Source: Eukaryota sp. GEM-RC1 (lineage: Eukaryota). Taken from it: a DNA stretch of 64,000 bases. Each line of letters opens with the position of its first letter. The stretch's first letter is position 1. The notes below the pieces were generated by a model, which saw only the letters and a list, made by a program, of their open reading frames with translations, was not told the origin of the DNA and did not search any database. The stretch spans positions 2,232,001 through 2,296,000 of the forward strand of contig JAUFOQ010000006.1 of the NCBI GenBank assembly GCA_040285855.1, in the 5' to 3' direction. A program made the position numbers and the translations under genes. This document shows, in pieces, positions 62,897-64,000 of the stretch.

Positions 62897-64000
62897 TTAT
62901 GGACTGAATCAGAATTGACTTTGAAGTCTTTCAATTTTGATGGAAGCTGTATTTGATTTGTCTTGAAGATCTTCAGCTTCTACATGTAATATTCCATCTG
63001 AATCAATGATCATTGTGGTAGATATTTGGGCTTCTCCTGCTGGAAGGGGGAGGTAGATTACTGATCCTGAAGCGTGCAAGAAATGTATTTAGAGACACAA
63101 CCGAGGCCTCACCTTGATACACGTTGATAGTAGTTGATGTTTGATAGTCGGCAGTAGTAACGTAAGTATCATTGAACATACAAGGAACACTGGAATGCCT
63201 AGGAATGATGACACTCATGGTACCAACTTCATTGGTTTCGGATTTAGATTTGATACTAATACCCAAACTATGAGGAGTTACATCATGAAGAACGTGATTA
63301 AAGTAGGCAGATGCACCAGCAGCCACGGATTGGTCAGGATTGAGAGTTTTTCTTACTTTACCAGGAAACTTAAGTTCAAGTATTTCTTGAACCTTTCTCA
63401 AACGAGAAGATCCTCCTACAAGTTGGACGTAGTCGATGGCAGAAGATTGAAGACGGAGGGATTGAAGAAGTTCCTCAATGATAGATAAGCATCTGGTAAA
63501 TGTAAGGGGCACAAATAGCATCAAAACGGTCTTTAGTTAAGACAAGTTCAAGATCATTTCCAGAAGCAAAGTTCTCAACTTCTATTTCAGACTCATCTTT
63601 AGTCGTTAGGGCTTTCTTTGCTTTCTCTACCGCAAAACGCAATAAGACTTTCTTCTTTTCAGTTGGTAAGGAGTAACAGTTATTGTCAGTAGTCCAGTTT
63701 TTCATAACATGGTCTATTATTTCTTGATCGATGTTTGCCCCACCTAAGTTGGTAGAGCCATGAGTTCCAATGACAGTAATGTCATCGCTTTTAATATCTA
63801 CAATAGATACATCAAAGGTACCACCACCAAAATCAAATACGAGAACTCGCTTGCCGATTGTCGAAGGATCTTCTTGTTTTAGGGATAGAGCAGCAGCAGT
63901 TGGTTCGTTGATTAGGGTGATTTCCTCAAAGCCGGCAATATATGCAGCCCTCTTTGTTGCTTGACGTTGATCATCATTGAAATATGCAGGTACAGTAATG
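62897..64000 (-). CDS. hsp70: 3' half of Hsp70-like gene (duplicate of 44325-46646); 5' part outside the window
   Basis: Near-identical to 44325-45430; frameshifts near 63500 and 63047. Confidence 0.88.

Larger units (their letters stand above)
49803..64000. repeat. Unit 2 of the tandem duplication (runs off the window)
   Basis: Near-identical to 31126 to ~45430. Confidence 0.93.

Overview
AT-rich, gene-compact eukaryotic DNA, probably from a protist. It has 29-nt GT-AG introns, 20-50 nt divergent intergenic gaps and many homopolymer frameshifts that suggest an imperfect long-read assembly. Bases 1-7.5 kb hold ordinary genes (an orphan ORF head-to-head with RIO1 kinase; endonuclease IV/APN1) among MITEs. 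Bases 10-25 kb are a deep nest of transposons (MULE > hAT > pogo, CRE-like LINE). Many have boundaries fixed by TIRs and target-site duplications (TSDs); one hAT has an apparent 4-bp TSD. Bases 25-64 kb are a ~18.6-kb-period tandem array of atypical, lidless Hsp70 genes interleaved with LINE fragments and a dead Ty3/gypsy element. The best candidate for an undescribed system is this Hsp70 family. Splicing a conserved 29-nt intron reveals modular N-termini (none, RRM, or RRM plus ubiquitin-like domain), and the bare version sits head-to-head with a degenerate Hsp110-like gene. All domain calls are by eye and need HMM and RNA-seq confirmation; functions are inference.
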